From contig CAVQWR010000001.1 of assembly GCA_963717695.1 (NCBI GenBank), positions 560,374 to 624,373 of the forward strand: a DNA stretch of 64,000 nt. Reading direction: 5' to 3'. How positions within the stretch are numbered: the first letter of the stretch is position 1; every line of letters begins with the position of its first letter. The notes beneath the pieces were generated by a model. The model saw nothing but the letters and a program-made list of their open reading frames with translations. It was not told the origin of the DNA and did no database searches. The translations under genes and the position numbers were made by a program. This stretch comes from an uncultured beta proteobacterium. Lineage in GTDB: Bacteria > Pseudomonadota > Gammaproteobacteria > Burkholderiales > Casimicrobiaceae. Shown in pieces: positions 10,516 through 19,942 of this stretch.

Positions 10516-11625
10516 TCAATACCTGACGACCGTTCGAATCGACTTGCCCTCATGCATGAGTTCGAACCCGTCGTTGATGCGCTCGAGCGGGAGGACATGC
10601 GTGATGAGGTCGTCGATGTTGATCTTTCCGTCCATGTACCAGTCGACGATCTTCGGCACGTCGGTGCGGCCGCGCGCGCCGCCGAAGGCGGTTCCCTTCC
10701 ACGTGCGACCGGTCACGAGCTGGAAGGGCCGCGTGCGGATTTCCTGCCCGGCTCCCGCGACGCCGATGATGACGGCGACGCCCCAGCCGCGGTGGCAGCA
10801 CTCGAGCGCCTGGCGCATCAGGTCGACGTTGCCGACGCATTCGAAACTGTAGTCGGCGCCACCGCCCGTCAGCTCGACGAGATGGGCGACGAGATCGCCC
10901 TGCAATTCCTTCGGATTCACGAAGTGCGTCAGCCCGAACTTCCGCGCGAGTGCCTCGCGCGCGGGATTGAGGTCGACGCCGACGATCATGTTGGCTCCGA
11001 CCATGCGCGCGCCCTGGATCACGTTCAATCCGATTCCGCCGAGACCGAACACCACGACGTTGGCGCCCGCCTCGACCTTCGCCGTGTTGATGACGGCGCC
11101 GATGCCCGTCGTGACCCCGCAGCCGATATAGCAGACCTTGTCGAACGGCGCGTCCTCGCGGATCTTCGCGACCGCGATTTCAGGCAGCACGGTGAAGTTC
11201 GCGAACGTCGAGCAGCCCATGTAGTGGTGCACTGGCCGGCCGTCGAGCGAGAAGCGGCTGGTGCCGTCGGGCATCACGCCCCTGCCCTGGGTGGCACGGA
11301 TTGCCGTGCACAGGTTCGTCTTTCGCGATAGGCACGACTTGCACTGGCGACACTCCGGCGTATAGAGCGGAATGACGTGGTCGCCCGGCGTTACGCTCGT
11401 CACGCCGGACCCGGTCTCGACGACGATGCCCGCGCCTTCGTGGCCGAGAATGGCGGGAAACAGTCCCTCGGGATCCGCTCCCGACCGGGTGAACTCGTCG
11501 GTGTGACAGAGTCCGGTCGCCTTGATCTCGACCAGCACCTCGCCGGCGCGCGGCCCCTCGAGCCTCACCGTTTCAATGACAAGAGGCGCACCTGCCTTGT
11601 GTGCGACCGCGGCACGGACTTCCAT
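10516..11625 (-). CDS. adhC: S-(hydroxymethyl)glutathione dehydrogenase / class III alcohol dehydrogenase
   Basis: Zn-ADH motifs GLCHTDE and GHEGAGIV, GLGGIGL Rossmann motif, and class-III-like sequence throughout. Start taken at MEVRAAV (11625); the ORF-track start is 24 nt upstream. Confidence 0.9.
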   Translation of the reverse strand: MEVRAAVAHKAGAPLVIETVRLEGPRAGEVLVEIKATGLCHTDEFTRSGADPEGLFPAILGHEGAGIVVETGSGVTSVTPGDHVIPLYTPECRQCKSCLSRKTNLCTAIRATQGRGVMPDGTSRFSLDGRPVHHYMGCSTFANFTVLPEIAVAKIREDAPFDKVCYIGCGVTTGIGAVINTAKVEAGANVVVFGLGGIGLNVIQGARMVGANMIVGVDLNPAREALARKFGLTHFVNPKELQGDLVAHLVELTGGGADYSFECVGNVDLMRQALECCHRGWGVAVIIGVAGAGQEIRTRPFQLVTGRTWKGTAFGGARGRTDVPKIVDWYMDGKINIDDLITHVLPLERINDGFELMHEGKSIRTVVRY

Positions 11626-11730
11626 TCCGTCGCTCCAGAAGTTCACCAACGCTAAAGGGGAGCCGATTCTACCGTCCGTCGTCGGCCGGCTCTTCCGGCG
11701 CCATGAACCCGCGCGCAGGTTGACGGTCCC

Positions 11731-12660
11731 TTGGGAGGTGGCATACTACCTGTTGTAGCCCACAAATTTGGACACATGATGGCGGCCCATGGGGGATTCC
11801 CAAAACCTTCGATGATTCTGCGCTGGACGGCGCTGATCGTGGTCGAGGCGAGCCTCGGCTTCATCGCCGTCTACAGCGCACGCAGCACATCGGCGACGAT
11901 CGCCGAAGTGCTGGCGGAATACGGAGACGCTTTGGTGCCGGCCGGATTCGCCAAGACCGCCGTTGTCCTGATCCTCGGCGCGTTCCTGATCTTCTTCCTC
12001 GCCGCTCTCCGGCCACGACGGCACCGCGTCCGCATCTACGACCGGCTGGTCATCCCGCTCGCCCTGACCGGCCTTCTGGCTGCGAGCTGGGTCGTCGTTT
12101 TCCGCCATGAGGCGATCGCCGTTTCGTTTGCATTGCTGGCGGCCATCACCGTGCTGGCCGGGGGCATGTTCCTTCAGGTCGCGACGGTATCCCCCGGCAA
12201 CCACTCGCGCTGGCTGCGCGTCCCGTTCAGCCTGCACTTCGGCGCGATGACCATCGCGCTGCTGGTGGCGACATCGCAATGGGTGAGCGGCAGCGGACTG
12301 CTTACGGGAACCGCCATGGAGCCGCCTGATGTTGCGAGAGCGTTTCTCGCGATCGCCGCCGCTTTTGGCGGCCTCGTCGCACTGCGTTACCGCGACTTCG
12401 TCTATCCGGCGGTCATCACGTTCGGGCTGGGTTCGATGTACCTCGCGCAACGCGGGTATGACCCCGATGTCGCCACCTCGACGCTGATTGCATGCGTCGG
12501 CATGTTCGTCGTGGCCAGCCTCGCGGCGATAGCGCTGGCGAGGCCGCCTTGGCGCAAGCCGGCGCCCGGGACATCCCAGGGTCGCGCTTCGCATCCGCGC
12601 ACCGTGAAGGACGATGGGTGGCTCGCGCTGGATGCGAACTCCTCGATCATGCGGCTTTGA
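11731..12660 (+). CDS. Hypothetical polytopic membrane protein
   Basis: Long ORF with host-like GC3-rich codons and about 8 hydrophobic segments. No family recognised. The true start is probably an internal Met (for example 11812). Confidence 0.5.
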   Translation: MGGGILPVVAHKFGHMMAAHGGFPKPSMILRWTALIVVEASLGFIAVYSARSTSATIAEVLAEYGDALVPAGFAKTAVVLILGAFLIFFLAALRPRRHRVRIYDRLVIPLALTGLLAASWVVVFRHEAIAVSFALLAAITVLAGGMFLQVATVSPGNHSRWLRVPFSLHFGAMTIALLVATSQWVSGSGLLTGTAMEPPDVARAFLAIAAAFGGLVALRYRDFVYPAVITFGLGSMYLAQRGYDPDVATSTLIACVGMFVVASLAAIALARPPWRKPAPGTSQGRASHPRTVKDDGWLALDANSSIMRL

Positions 12661-12833
12661 CGCAACCCGCTTGCGCACCGGCGTCGCGCGCAAGCCCAGG
12701 AATCTGGCCGCACCACTGCTTGCGTGTGATCGTCATCCACCCGCGATCCAGCGCCCTGCCGATCCCTGGTCGCCTGCCCTGCATCCACGCGAACCACGGC
12801 TGGTGTGTCGACCCTGTCGTCGGCGATAGCAAG

Positions 12834-15632
12834 TCAGCCAGCCACAACCAGCGCGTATTCCCTTTCCGTCAGCTTCGCCTGCGCCGCGGCAAGCCGCGCA
12901 ATCGGCACGCGCGGCGCCGAGCACGAGACATAGTCGAGCCCGGCGTAATGGCAGAAGCGAATGGACTCCGGGTGCCCGCCATGCTCGCCGCAAAGGCCGA
13001 TGACGAGATCGGGCCGCGCCTCGCGCCCCCAAGCGACGGTCAGCCTCATGAGGCGTCCCACACCCTTCACGTCCAGAACCTCGAACGGGTTGTCGGGCAG
13101 GATGCCGGATTCGACGTAGAAAGGAAGAAACTTGTTTTCAGCGTCCTCGCGCGAGAACGAGAAGGTTGCCTGTGTGAGGTCGTTGGTGCCGAACGAGAAG
13201 AATTCGGCGGCACCGGCGAGCTCGGCGGCAGTCAGGCACGCCCGCACGACTTCGACCATCGTGCCAAACCTGAAGTGCAGCTTCACGCGGCGACGCGACT
13301 CAATGTCAGCACCCACCGCGTCGACCAGTGCACGGATGCGTTTCAGTTCCTCGATGTCTGCGACCTGAGGAACCATGATTTCAGGGTGTGCTTCGATGCC
13401 CTCCTCGATGCATTCGGCCGCGGCTTCGAGAATCGCCCGGATCTGCATTTCGTAGATCTCGGGATAGGTCAGGCCGAGCCGAACGCCGCGGTGTCCGAGC
13501 ATCGGGTTCACCTCGGAGAGAGCATGCACCTTCCTCAGCATCGTCTCGCGACGGGCAAGCGCGGCATCGTCGCGGCGCGCATCGCGGTACGTTGCGAGGC
13601 TCTGCCCGACCTTCGAAAGGCTCTCAACGTAGTCGCGCGGCAATTCGGGATCGAGCAGCCGCATCGTCTCGGGCAGGTCGGCGATCGATTGCGTTGTGCG
13701 CTGCAGGTGCCGAAGCTGGTGGATCTCGTACTCGAGCTGCGAAGCGGTAGGCAGGAATTCGTGCATCGGCGGATCGAGCAGGCGCACGGTCACCGGCAGG
13801 CCTTCCATCGCCTTGAAGATGCCCTTGAAGTCGGAGCGCTGGATCGGCAGCAGCGTATCGAGCGCCGCGCGCCGGTCGGCGGTGGTAGCCGCGAGGATCA
13901 TCTGCTGCACGATCGGCAGCCGCGCCGTGTCGTTGAACATCCGTTCCGTGCGGCAGAGACCGATCCCCGCCGCCCCATACTGGCGGGCCCGGGCAGCGTC
14001 GCGCGGCGTGTCGGCGTTTGCCTGAACGCCAAGCCTCGCCACATCGTCGGCCCAGGACAGCAGGGTCGAAAGCTCGCCGAAAAACTCGGCTTCGACTGTC
14101 GCGATGCTCCCCGGATAGACGTTGCCTGTGGTGCCGTCGATCGTGACGACGTCGCCTTCATGCAGCACCGTGCCGCCAATCGTCGCAATCCGCTGGCGCA
14201 CGTCGATCGCGATGGCTTCGCACCCTGATACGCATGGTTTCCCCATGCCGCGCGCGACCACTGCGGCATGCGATGTCTTGCCGCCTCGGCTGGTCAGGAT
14301 CGCCTGCGCGGCGAAGAATCCGTGAATGTCCTCGGGCTTAGTTTCCTCGCGAACGAGTACGACTTGGTCGCCGCGCTTGCCGCGCTCCTCCGCCGTGTCG
14401 GCATCGAAGACGATGCTGCCGGACGCTGCTCCCGGCGATGCCGGTAGGCCCTGCGCAAGCGGCCGGACGCCGTGCGCGGGGCTCAACTGCGGCACCAGCA
14501 GCTGCTCGAGCAACATCGGGTTGATGCGAAGCAGCGCCTGCTCCTTCGTGATCAGGCCTTCATTGAACATCTCCACCGATGTCACGACCATCGCCCGCGC
14601 GTTCATCTTGCCGTTGCGCGTCTGCAGGCAATACAGGCGAGACCGCTCGATCGTGAACTCGAAGTCCTGCACCTCATGGTAATGCGCCTCCAGCCGGTCG
14701 CGGAGCTCCGCGAGCTGCCGATGCAGCGCCGGCATCTCCTGCGCCATTGTCGCGAGCGGCTTCGGCGTACGGATGCCGGCGACGACGTCCTCGCCCTGCG
14801 CGTTCACGAGATACTCGCCGTAGATGATGTTCTCCCCGGTGCCGGGGTTGCGCGTGAAGCCCACGCCCGTTGCGGAGTCGTTCCCCATGTTGCCGAAGAC
14901 CATCGTGCAGACATTGACCGCAGTGCCGTTGGCCATTTCCTTCGTGATCCGGAACTGGCGGCGGTAATCGACGGCGCGCTTGCCCATCCAGGACCGGAAC
15001 ACGGCCTCGATCGAAAGCTGAAGCTGCTCGTATGGATCGACGGGAAACGGTGCTCCGGTGCATTCGCGATATATTGCGATGAAGCGCTCGGCCAGTTCCG
15101 CGAGCTGGGGTGCCGTGAGATCGACGTCCTGCGTCACGCCGACGCGAGCCTTGAGATCCGCCATGGCGCCGTCGAAGTGCTCGTCGGGCACGTTCATCGC
15201 GATCTTGCCGAATAGCTGGATGAAGCGCCGGTAGGCGTCGTAGACGAAGCGCGGGTTGTTCGTCTCGGCGATGAGGCCGGCCAGAGTGTCGGGATTGAGG
15301 CCGAGGTTCAGGATCGTGTCCATCATGCCTGGCATCGACATCGCGGAGCCCGAGCGTACGGACACCAGCAGCGGTTTCGCCCTGCCGCCGAAGGCCTTTC
15401 CGGTCTTCTTCTCGAGCAGCATCATGTTGGCTCTCACCGCGGCCATGAGTCCTTCGGGCAGCGCGTGCGTCTCGAGGTAGGCGAGGCACGCGGCGGTCGT
15501 GATGACGAATCCCGGCGGCACATTGAGACCGATCTGCGTCATCGCGCACAGGTTTGCGCCCTTGCCGCCCAGCAGCATCTTGTCGCGGCTGTCGCCGTCC
15601 TCGAACGTGCAGATGAATTTCGTTTGGCTCAT
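12834..15632 (-). CDS. ppdK: Pyruvate, phosphate dikinase
   Basis: Start at MSQTKFICTFEDG (CAT at 15630-15632). Phosphohistidine motif GGKTSHAAVVARGMGKPCV and C-terminal GLCGEHGGHPESI. 932 aa. Confidence 0.95.
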   Translation of the reverse strand: MSQTKFICTFEDGDSRDKMLLGGKGANLCAMTQIGLNVPPGFVITTAACLAYLETHALPEGLMAAVRANMMLLEKKTGKAFGGRAKPLLVSVRSGSAMSMPGMMDTILNLGLNPDTLAGLIAETNNPRFVYDAYRRFIQLFGKIAMNVPDEHFDGAMADLKARVGVTQDVDLTAPQLAELAERFIAIYRECTGAPFPVDPYEQLQLSIEAVFRSWMGKRAVDYRRQFRITKEMANGTAVNVCTMVFGNMGNDSATGVGFTRNPGTGENIIYGEYLVNAQGEDVVAGIRTPKPLATMAQEMPALHRQLAELRDRLEAHYHEVQDFEFTIERSRLYCLQTRNGKMNARAMVVTSVEMFNEGLITKEQALLRINPMLLEQLLVPQLSPAHGVRPLAQGLPASPGAASGSIVFDADTAEERGKRGDQVVLVREETKPEDIHGFFAAQAILTSRGGKTSHAAVVARGMGKPCVSGCEAIAIDVRQRIATIGGTVLHEGDVVTIDGTTGNVYPGSIATVEAEFFGELSTLLSWADDVARLGVQANADTPRDAARARQYGAAGIGLCRTERMFNDTARLPIVQQMILAATTADRRAALDTLLPIQRSDFKGIFKAMEGLPVTVRLLDPPMHEFLPTASQLEYEIHQLRHLQRTTQSIADLPETMRLLDPELPRDYVESLSKVGQSLATYRDARRDDAALARRETMLRKVHALSEVNPMLGHRGVRLGLTYPEIYEMQIRAILEAAAECIEEGIEAHPEIMVPQVADIEELKRIRALVDAVGADIESRRRVKLHFRFGTMVEVVRACLTAAELAGAAEFFSFGTNDLTQATFSFSREDAENKFLPFYVESGILPDNPFEVLDVKGVGRLMRLTVAWGREARPDLVIGLCGEHGGHPESIRFCHYAGLDYVSCSAPRVPIARLAAAQAKLTEREYALVVAG

Positions 15633-15779
15633 GGTCGTGTCATTCCGGCGCCGTTTGCGAGCGATGGGGGTGCTTCCGACATCATCGCGCCGATGACCCG
15701 CAGCCGGGTTGCGGCGGATCAACGGCGGCGATCATCGCCGCGCGCGGGATGCGTGGTTTGACGGCCTGAAATGTGATCG

Positions 15780-16789
15780 CTATCGCATGACCAATTCGGT
15801 CTTGAGCGAATGGAAGAAGCTCTCCATGGGCGCATTGTCCCAGCAATCGCCCTTGCGACTCATGCTCTGCCGGATGCCATGGCGGTTGACGATTTCCCGG
15901 TAACTTCCGGTGGCGTACCTTGAGCCCGGTCAGAGTGCAGCGTTACCGGTGGACCCCGATGCCCGATCGCCATGTTCAACGCGTCCATCGCCAGCTTGGT
16001 GTCCAGAGTTCGGCTCATGGCCCAGCCCACCAAGGCTCTCGAATACGCGTCCAGAACCGCGGCCAGGTACAGCCAGCCCTCGCGCGTCGGGATGTAAGTG
16101 ATGTCGCTCAGCCAGAGGTCGTTGGGATGTTCTGACGTGAAGTCCCGGTTGATGAGGTTCGGCGATGCCTTGGTCTGGCGGGAGTCGGTGGTCACGCGGA
16201 ACCGCCGGATCGCCTTGGGCAGTATCTCCGCTCGGCGCATCAGCTTGGCCACGGTGTTGCGGCAGCATGGCACCTTCTGGGCCAGCAGCTCGACATGCAC
16301 CCTGGGCGCGCCGTACGACTCGCGGCTGGCTTGGTGGATCATCCTGATCCGTGCCGTGAGGTCGACTTGGCGCTGCCGGCGAGCACTGGGGCCACGCTGC
16401 CGCGCAGCGTAGTAGCCACTGCGCGAGACCTGCAGCGCCTCGCACAGGGCCGGCACACCGTACCGCCGTCGATGCTTCTCGACGAAGGCGTACTTCACTT
16501 CGCTTCCCGAGCGAAGTAGATGGCCGCATTTTTTTAAAATCTCGACCTCCATCTTCAGCTTTGCGTTCTCGCGACGCAGTTGCTCAAGATCCTCAGCCGC
16601 GGATCGATCGGGCTTGGCGATACCGGTCACCGCCTCCTTCTCGAACTCCAGCCGCCATGTCCGCAGCTGACCGACGCGTACGCCCAGCTCCCGCGCCAGC
16701 TGGGCCTTGGGCTTCTCGCTCAACGCCACCTGCCGTACCGCTTCAAGCTTGAATTCCCGAGTCAATTTCCTGCGCGGTGTGTATTCCAT
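15780..16789 (-). pseudogene. IS3-family transposase: OrfA and OrfB are in one frame here, with a 1-nt deletion in the DDE region and 3' truncation
   Basis: Start MEYTPRRKLTREFKLEAV has SD GAGGAGG. The DDE region reads ..[13 protein letters not shown].. but shifting frame at the CCC run 15925-15927 restores [49 protein letters not shown]. Confidence 0.75.
16529..16535 (-). other. A7 run at the OrfA/OrfB junction of the IS3 remnant (expected -1 slippery site)
   Basis: The minus strand reads ATT TTA AAA AAA TGC GGC CAT. With 6 A's, OrfA would end ..LKNAAIYFAREAK* and a -1 slip would give exactly the fused protein encoded here with 7 A's. Confidence 0.6.
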
Positions 16790-16933
16790 CGAACACCTCC
16801 TCAAGTCAGTATTGCTCTGATTGAGGTGTCCACCAAACGTGGGTACCTTCAGAATCGGTCATCGGGGAAAAGCGCTCGATCGGATAAACTGAAGGCGTGG
16901 CTCCGCGGCCTCGCGGAGAATTCAGGGCTGTTC

Positions 16934-17839
16934 TTGAACCGTATCGCCATCGGCACGGCATCCTGGACCGACAAGACGTTGATCGCGTCCAAGAAGTTCT
17001 ATCCTCGTGGCTGTAATAGCGCCGAAGATCGGCTGCGCTACTACGCTACGCAGTTTCCGCTCGTAGAAGTCGACAGCAGCTATTACGCGATGCCGTCGCC
17101 GCAGAACTCTGCCCTGTGGGTTGAGCGCACTCCACCCGAGTTCACATTCAACATCAAGGCATTTCGCCTGTTCACGGGCCATCAGACCGCGCCATCGGCG
17201 CTCCCTAAGGACGTGGCCGAGTCGCTTGGCGCAATCAAGAAGAAGAATGTCTATTACAAGGACATGCCGGGTGTGTTGCTCGACGCACTGTGGCAGCGCT
17301 TTCGCGAGGCCCTCGAACCGCTTCATCGCGCAGGGAAACTCGGGGCGATTCTTTTCCAGTTCGCGCCTTGGGTTGCGTTCCATCCCAAGAATCGCGAGCA
17401 CATTGACGAGTGCCAGCAACGACTGGCTGGCCACCAACTGGCTGTGGAATTCCGCAACAAGTCATGGTTTGAGGGCAAGAATGCCGCGATGACGTTGGAC
17501 TTCGAGAGGGAGCGCGGCTTGGTCAATGTAATCGTGGACGAGCCGAATACGACGGCCAACTCGATTCCTTCGGTATGGGAGGTCACCGTGCCGAAGCTGG
17601 CCATCGTCCGGCTGCACGGTCGAAACCAGGAGACCTGGAACGTCAAAGGCGACGCTGCCTCGCAGCGTTTTAACTACGACTACTCGGAATCGGAGCTGGA
17701 GGAATTTGCGCGAAAGATTTCCGGCCTGCCGGCAGAGCTGTCGCAAGTAGTCTTCAACAACAACTACGAGGATCAGGGTCAGCGAAACGCTCGAATGCTT
17801 ATTGCGCTTTTGAATGGCGCGCAGCTTTCGACAAAGTAG
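16934..17839 (+). CDS. DUF72 (YecE/UPF0759) family protein
   Basis: ..IAIGTASWTDKTL..FYP..RLRYYATQFPLVEVDSSYY..W..RTPPEFTFNIKAF..T are DUF72 hallmarks. There is no ATG near the domain start, so a TTG at 16934 is proposed. The upstream part of the ORF-track ORF is antisense to the IS remnant. Confidence 0.7.
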   Translation: MNRIAIGTASWTDKTLIASKKFYPRGCNSAEDRLRYYATQFPLVEVDSSYYAMPSPQNSALWVERTPPEFTFNIKAFRLFTGHQTAPSALPKDVAESLGAIKKKNVYYKDMPGVLLDALWQRFREALEPLHRAGKLGAILFQFAPWVAFHPKNREHIDECQQRLAGHQLAVEFRNKSWFEGKNAAMTLDFERERGLVNVIVDEPNTTANSIPSVWEVTVPKLAIVRLHGRNQETWNVKGDAASQRFNYDYSESELEEFARKISGLPAELSQVVFNNNYEDQGQRNARMLIALLNGAQLSTK

Positions 17840-18032
17840 GCATCGAAAGGACCGAGCACTTGACGATTTCAGTGCCGAACGCGACCGCCGGCTCTCGCCG
17901 AAACGCGCTAGGATGCGGGCACACAATTCTCGCATTCGACCGAAGTTGCTTCCGCTGTCCACGATCATCGGCTCGCGTTAGAGGCCGATTCGCTGTGGGC
18001 TAAGGGTCTCTCTCAGTCAACGAGCAACATTG

Positions 18033-18749
18033 ATGATTAATACTCAACGCACTCGAATCAAATTCGTTTTGAATATGAACGGTCAATCGAAAGAACGCTT
18101 TGGGCGGCAAAAGGCCTTGGATCTCACCGACAGTGAGTTCGCCATACTGAGACGCCTCAGGACGCCGCAGAGGATTCAGGCGTTCGTGAATTCGATGCCT
18201 ACGAATCATGAACTTTGTGGAGAAACGATGTGGTCGGTGCGCGAAGTCATTAGAAATCGCAGCGCGCATTGTATGGAGGGCGCACTCTTTGCAGCTTGTG
18301 CGTTATGGGTCAACGGCGAGCCCCCGCTTGTTATGCATTTGGGCTGCGCGCCGACAGATTATCCGCATGTTGTTGCGCTGTATCGGCGGGCAAACGCTTG
18401 GGGGGCGATTTCTAAGACAAATGGCGTAGCGCTACGATATCGCGATCCAATTTATCGCAGCCTCCGCGAGCTGTCGATGTCATACTTTCATGAGTACTCC
18501 GACACTCACGGTCGCAAGACTTTGCGCAGCTATTCGAGATCATTCGACCTTCGGCGCGCCGATTCAAATCTCTGGGTAACAAACGAACGTCCTTGCTTGG
18601 AAATTCACAATTGCCTAGTCGCCCTCCGGCACTACGATGTCATTTCTCGCCAGCAAGCACATCTTATTGCGCGTCGCGACCCGTTTGAGTGCAGAGCCAG
18701 CAGAATGGCGGAATACCCGCGCCCACGTAAAGGAGAGCGGAAAATGTAG
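18033..18749 (+). CDS. Hypothetical protein, possible papain/transglutaminase-like Cys-His fold (function unknown)
   Basis: Clean 238-aa ORF with AT-rich third codon positions unlike the flanking genome. Candidate catalytic arrangement: RSAHCMEGALFAA ... DYPHVVALY ... WGAISKTN. The start could also be the ATG at 18075. Confidence 0.55.
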   Translation: MINTQRTRIKFVLNMNGQSKERFGRQKALDLTDSEFAILRRLRTPQRIQAFVNSMPTNHELCGETMWSVREVIRNRSAHCMEGALFAACALWVNGEPPLVMHLGCAPTDYPHVVALYRRANAWGAISKTNGVALRYRDPIYRSLRELSMSYFHEYSDTHGRKTLRSYSRSFDLRRADSNLWVTNERPCLEIHNCLVALRHYDVISRQQAHLIARRDPFECRASRMAEYPRPRKGERKM

Positions 18750-18822
18750 GGAGTATTGACCTGAGCCGGTTTTTCGGTCCATAAGTTTCTGGAAAAATGG
18801 CTCCTTCGCAAGCGAGGAGCCT

Positions 18823-19086
18823 ATGCGCAAGAGCCGATTCTCCGACGAGCAGATTGTTGCGATTCTGCGGGAGGCCGACCGCACGTCGGTCGCCGAAGCC
18901 GCCAAGAAGCACAAGGTCAGCGAACAGACTCTGTATGTCTGGCGGAAGCACTTTGCCGGCCTCGCGCCAGCGGATGTGAAGCGATTGAAGGCACTGGAGC
19001 TGGAGAACGCCAAGCTCAAGCGCCTGCTCGCCGAGCGCGACCTCGAAGTCGACCTGATGCGCGAGGTGAACCGAAAAAAATGGTGA
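18823..19086 (+). CDS. IS3-family transposase OrfA (HTH + leucine zipper)
   Basis: MRKSRFSDEQIVAILREAD..VSEQTLYVWRKHFAGL..LKALELENAKLKRLLAERDLE; SD GAGGAG upstream. Confidence 0.85.
   Translation: MRKSRFSDEQIVAILREADRTSVAEAAKKHKVSEQTLYVWRKHFAGLAPADVKRLKALELENAKLKRLLAERDLEVDLMREVNRKKW
19074..19080 (+). other. A AAA AAA programmed -1 frameshift site of the IS3 element
   Basis: orfA reads CGA AAA AAA TGG TGA. The -1 frame continues AAA AAA ATG GTG AGC.. into OrfB. Confidence 0.7.
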
Positions 19087-19942
19087 GCCCACGGGCGCGT
19101 CGCGAACAGGTCAGCTTTCTGCGGCAACGCGGCCTTTCGCAACGACGCGCCTGTGGGCTGCTCGACGTGCCGCGCTCGACTGTGGGTTATCGCCTGCGGC
19201 AACCGGACAAGGATGCCGCGGCCCTGGCGGCCATGAACCGGCTGTCGGCCCAGTATCCGCGGTACGGCTACCGCCGCATTCGCATCTTCCTGCGCCGGGA
19301 GGGACTGGCCATGGGGATCAATCGCGCGCGCCGCTTGTGGCGCCAGGCCGGCCTGGGCTTGCCGCGCAAACGCCCGCGCCGGCGGATTGCCGCGAGTCGG
19401 CCCCGGCCATTGCCGCCGCGCGCGGCCAATCATGTCTGGGCCTACGACTTCGTGTTCGACTCCTGCGCCAACGGCCAGCAGCTCAAGTGCCTCACCGTCG
19501 TGGACGAGTTCACCCACGAGTGCTTGGCGATCGACGTGGCCGGCAGCATTCGCTCGACGCGGGTGATCGACGTTCTGACGCGGCTCATGAGCGTGCATGG
19601 CGCCCCCGCCTATCTGCGCTCGGACAACGGGCCCGAATTTTGTGAGCAACGCCATCCTGCACTGGCTAACCGATGCCCGGATCGAGACCGCCCATCATCG
19701 ACCCCGGCAAGCCCTGGCAGAACGGCACCAACGAATCGTTCAATGGCAAGTTCCGCGACGAATGTCTAAGCGTGGAATGGTTCCGCACCCGCCGCGAGGC
19801 CCAGATCATCATCGAAGCCTGGCGCAAGCATTACAACGCGGTGCGGCCGCACTCGAGCCTCGGCTACTTGACCCCGCACGAATTCAAGCAGCACCATCCG
19901 ACCATTCACAACCTTCCCAACCGAGCCATTTCCCAGGAATGA
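19080..19942 (+). pseudogene. IS3-family transposase OrfB (DDE), two frame breaks as sequenced
   Basis: Three frames are needed: ..LRSDNGPEF (frame 3), VSNAILHWLTDARIETAH (frame 1), IDPGKPWQNGTNESFNGKFRDECL..RPHSSLGYLTPHEF (frame 2). The breaks are at the T4 run 19638-19641 and near 19693-19697. Confidence 0.8.

Larger units (their letters stand above)
15780..16835 (-). mobile_element. IS3-family insertion sequence remnant: 3'-truncated and frameshifted
   Basis: OrfA-like HTH/leucine-zipper region and a DDE OrfB region are present. Homology stops abruptly at ..SLKTELVMR* (15780), about 60-80 codons short of a full OrfB. The right-hand end is estimated from a TGGTGGACACC.. sequence about 45 nt upstream of the orfA ATG. 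No matching second inverted repeat was found. Confidence 0.7.

Noticed and set aside
12647-12847. 66-aa minus-strand ORF (..GWMTITRKQWCGQIPGL..) in the ppdK / membrane-protein convergent gap, vaguely like the N-terminus of some IS transposases
   Set aside because: The resemblance is limited to a few residues. No inverted repeats or further transposase sequence lie nearby.
12492-14228. Long plus-strand ORF (578 aa) antisense to ppdK. Similar long antisense ORFs occur at 22619-23911, 33451-34542, 35846-37618, 44847-46745, 54378-56015 and 59815-60897.
   Set aside because: Each lies opposite a gene with unmistakable family motifs. Their translations are Arg/Ala/Gly/Pro-rich and low in complexity, as expected for stop-poor shadow frames in high-GC DNA.
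15735-15775. Possible att-like partial copy of the tRNA-Arg 3' end (GCGCGC...GGTTTGAC versus GCGCGCCCGGCAGGATTTGAAC) at the far edge of the island
   Set aside because: The alignment needs several gaps, and the matching parts are short GC-rich strings. This is not distinguishable from chance by eye.
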